Assembly: GCA_903831865.1 (NCBI GenBank)
Contig: CAIKZH010000156.1
Location: 867 to 64,866, forward strand
Reading direction: 5' to 3'
From: an uncultured Coriobacteriia bacterium
GTDB lineage: Bacteria; Actinomycetota; Coriobacteriia; Anaerosomatales; PALSA-660
Length of the DNA: 64,000 nt
Below the pieces are notes generated by a model. It saw only the letters and a list, made by a program, of their open reading frames with translations. It ran no database searches and was not told the origin of the DNA. Below are positions 62,052-64,000 of the stretch, piece after piece (positions within the stretch are counted from its first letter, which is position 1; each line of letters begins with the position of its first letter). The position numbers and the translations under genes were made by a program.

Positions 62052-63998
62052 TCAGTCCCCCAACGGGTCCTCGGCGGCGATCGATCCAGAATGCGAACGG
62101 GCTGTGTACTCGGCCCGTGACGCAGGGGTCGGCATCTTGGTCTTCAGATACTCGGAGAGCGCGCGGTCGGTACAGAAGACGTAGCAGCCCTTCATGCCCC
62201 TCGTCATGAGTACGCGGTAGGTGTTGCGAATTACCTCGTCGGCGATGCGCCGAGCGCGCTCGGGATCGGTCTTCGCGAGAGACTTGATGCCCTTCAGCGA
62301 GGCGTCGCTCTTCGCGCGCTTGGTGTAGTCCGTGACAATTTGGCCGTGCTCGAAGCGCAGATCGTCGCCAACGATCACCCCGACGTAGTCGAACTCCAGG
62401 CCTTGGGCCGTGTGCACGCAGCCGACTTCCTGGATCGAACCTTCGTCGATCGCCCACGTGCCCGTGGCATCCAGATTCCAACTCCTCGAGAACGCCCACT
62501 CTGGCAGGACAATATCGTGGGCGCTTGGATTGCCTCTGCTGCCGGTCGGCCACTCCCAGCAGTAGCCCGCGACCACGCGCGACCTGTTGTTCGCGGCGTT
62601 CTTGCGGGCGACGGCGGCGAACAACTCGTTGGGATCATCGAATACGCGGAAGTCGTAGTCGAGATCGATGACCGGCTCCTCGACGGGCTTGATACCGAGC
62701 ACATCGTCAAGCCAGTCGAGGTACCCGTTCGATCCGTTGCAGCGGAACTGGGAGAGCAGTTCGTCCTCCACCACCTTCGCACCGGCAGTCAGAGCAATGG
62801 CCCGGATGCCGTCGACGCTACCGGCGTCCTTGATCGTCACGCGTTGCGCATCATCGATGAAGAAGACCGCGAACCTGGCGGCTGCAACGATCTCCTTGAT
62901 CTGGTTCTCACCCAGATTGCCGAAGAGACCCGACCTCTCGTTGAGCCTATGAGCCTCGTCAACGACGATCGCGTCGAGCGGAGCACCCGTGTATTCATAG
63001 AAGGTCCCAGGCCCGCGGAAGAGTCCGCTGATGTACGCCCTCGAACGGTCACCAGCGAGCAGCTTCTTGGAGTAGACGTTGCGCGGCGCGCTGTTCTTGG
63101 ACACGTACTGGCCCACCATGTCCTCCGCGGTGAGCCGAACAAGCAGATTGATAGCGATGACAGACTTCCCTGTACCGGGACCACCCCGCACGATGAAGAC
63201 GCACTTCTCACCGGTCACCCGCGCCTCGCGGGCGAGTTGCAGCGCAGTCTCGAAGACGACCTTCTGGTCGTCGATCATCACGAACTCCTCGTTGCCCTTG
63301 AGCATGCTGGTGAGCGCGTCTTGAAGTGACTTGGACGGACGCAGGCGACCGGACTCGATTGCGTAGAGAACCTTTCCGTCATCCGCCTGCTTGATGGACT
63401 TGCAGATGAAGTCGCGCAGCTTCAGCACGTCGCCACTGCAGAAGGCCGGGGCCTTCTCGAGATAGTCGAGGTAAGCCGGGTCGAGCAGAGGGTCGTAACC
63501 TTCGCTGACCTCGTAGTTGTGCAGGTAGGCGCACGGCCGGAGTTCGATGTGCGCGTCGCGGACGCCCTCGTTGTAGTCCTCGATCATGCGAGCGTAGGAC
63601 CACGCTTGGTACGAGGGATGCGGGACATCGCGATGCGCGCCTGCGAGCCAAGTCCGAACCACGCCATCCTTCAGCGGCAGCGCCTCGATTGCATCCCACT
63701 GCTTGAGCTCGATGATGACGGCCGCGTCGTGCTCAAGCGTGGACCGTCCGGTGAGCAAGAAGTCGATCCGGCTCGACGTGTAGGGGACCTGGAACTCGAT
63801 AGCCACGCCGCAGCCGCCAGGAATGTCCGCCGTGTTGAGCACCTTGTACATGTACTCGAGCGAGTTCTTCCAGGAAGTCACCTCTCGGGGATTCGCCCGG
63901 TGGAGAAGGCGCTCGAACGATCGCGTGACTTCGTCCACGATGACGTCGCGATCGACATCGTCCATGAACTTGGTCTTCGTGGCCTGGTAGACCAGCAT
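62052..63998 (-). CDS. DUF2075-family protein (N-terminal PD-(D/E)xK-like module + SF1-type P-loop NTPase)
   Basis: 648 aa. ATG at 63998 lies 2 nt from the window edge. SRIDFLLTG...VIIELKQW (D...ExK). Walker A GGPGTGKS. VVDEAHRL. Confidence 0.8.
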   Translation of the reverse strand: MLVYQATKTKFMDDVDRDVIVDEVTRSFERLLHRANPREVTSWKNSLEYMYKVLNTADIPGGCGVAIEFQVPYTSSRIDFLLTGRSTLEHDAAVIIELKQWDAIEALPLKDGVVRTWLAGAHRDVPHPSYQAWSYARMIEDYNEGVRDAHIELRPCAYLHNYEVSEGYDPLLDPAYLDYLEKAPAFCSGDVLKLRDFICKSIKQADDGKVLYAIESGRLRPSKSLQDALTSMLKGNEEFVMIDDQKVVFETALQLAREARVTGEKCVFIVRGGPGTGKSVIAINLLVRLTAEDMVGQYVSKNSAPRNVYSKKLLAGDRSRAYISGLFRGPGTFYEYTGAPLDAIVVDEAHRLNERSGLFGNLGENQIKEIVAAARFAVFFIDDAQRVTIKDAGSVDGIRAIALTAGAKVVEDELLSQFRCNGSNGYLDWLDDVLGIKPVEEPVIDLDYDFRVFDDPNELFAAVARKNAANNRSRVVAGYCWEWPTGSRGNPSAHDIVLPEWAFSRSWNLDATGTWAIDEGSIQEVGCVHTAQGLEFDYVGVIVGDDLRFEHGQIVTDYTKRAKSDASLKGIKSLAKTDPERARRIADEVIRNTYRVLMTRGMKGCYVFCTDRALSEYLKTKMPTPASRAEYTARSHSGSIAAEDPLGD

Positions 63999-64000
63999 TC

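Noticed and set aside
1-64000. CRISPR arrays, rRNA genes, intact tRNAs, intact transposases or IS elements.
   Set aside because: No regularly spaced short repeats, no rRNA-like sequence, no complete cloverleaf and no transposase-like ORF were seen while reading both strands. The only recombinase trace is the decayed fragment at 20039-20355.

Overview
High-GC, Actinomycetota-like window with about 60 protein genes. No rRNA, intact tRNA or CRISPR array was seen. CWB2 cell-wall-binding repeats, radical-SAM/Fe-S enzymes and probable selenocysteine use hint at an anaerobic Coriobacteriia-type lineage, but that is inference only. The window falls into three parts. (1) 1-20.4 kb looks like an accessory or defence-type island. 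It holds an Eco57I-style Type IIG restriction-modification enzyme plus a separate N6-adenine methyltransferase next to a truncated DUF2779 nuclease gene. It also holds a HEAT / DnaJ-type zinc-finger / AAA+ trio, a coiled-coil PD-(D/E)xK protein divergent from a wHTH protein, a wHTH-EVE(PUA-like) protein, a MUG/TDG-like UDG-fold protein, a DUF6569/ARPP-1-like protein and an N-formylglutamate amidohydrolase. The island ends at a tRNA-Arg(CCT) 3' fragment flanked by 11-bp-phased GGCACAC heptamers and a frameshifted integrase fragment. (2) 20.9-61.7 kb is mostly ordinary chromosome. It includes a MarR regulator with a heterodimeric ABC exporter, a second MarR with an MFS transporter, redox enzymes, envelope genes and a dense c-di-GMP signalling set (CHASE4-GAF-GGDEF-EAL > FIST > PAS-GGDEF operon, a paralogous GAF-GGDEF-EAL, and a PAS-HD-GYP). 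(3) 61.7-64 kb carries a DUF2075 nuclease/P-loop protein plus a MazG-like pyrophosphohydrolase operon. The observations most worth follow-up are as follows. First, a 130-180 nt structured element of unknown class is present in three same-orientation copies (2277-2442, 45722-45903, 46887-47068). It carries hairpins, C-rich tracts, an embedded SD plus 23-codon mini-ORF on the opposite strand, and paralogous small genes nearby. Second, a Bcp-type peroxiredoxin has an in-frame TGA exactly at the peroxidatic-Cys position, followed by a SECIS-like hairpin. Third, that peroxiredoxin's three-gene cassette is bracketed by 28-bp direct repeats. Fourth, several uncharacterised gene pairs and trios in the island are candidate conflict systems. 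Function calls rest on motifs recognised by eye. No database search was possible.
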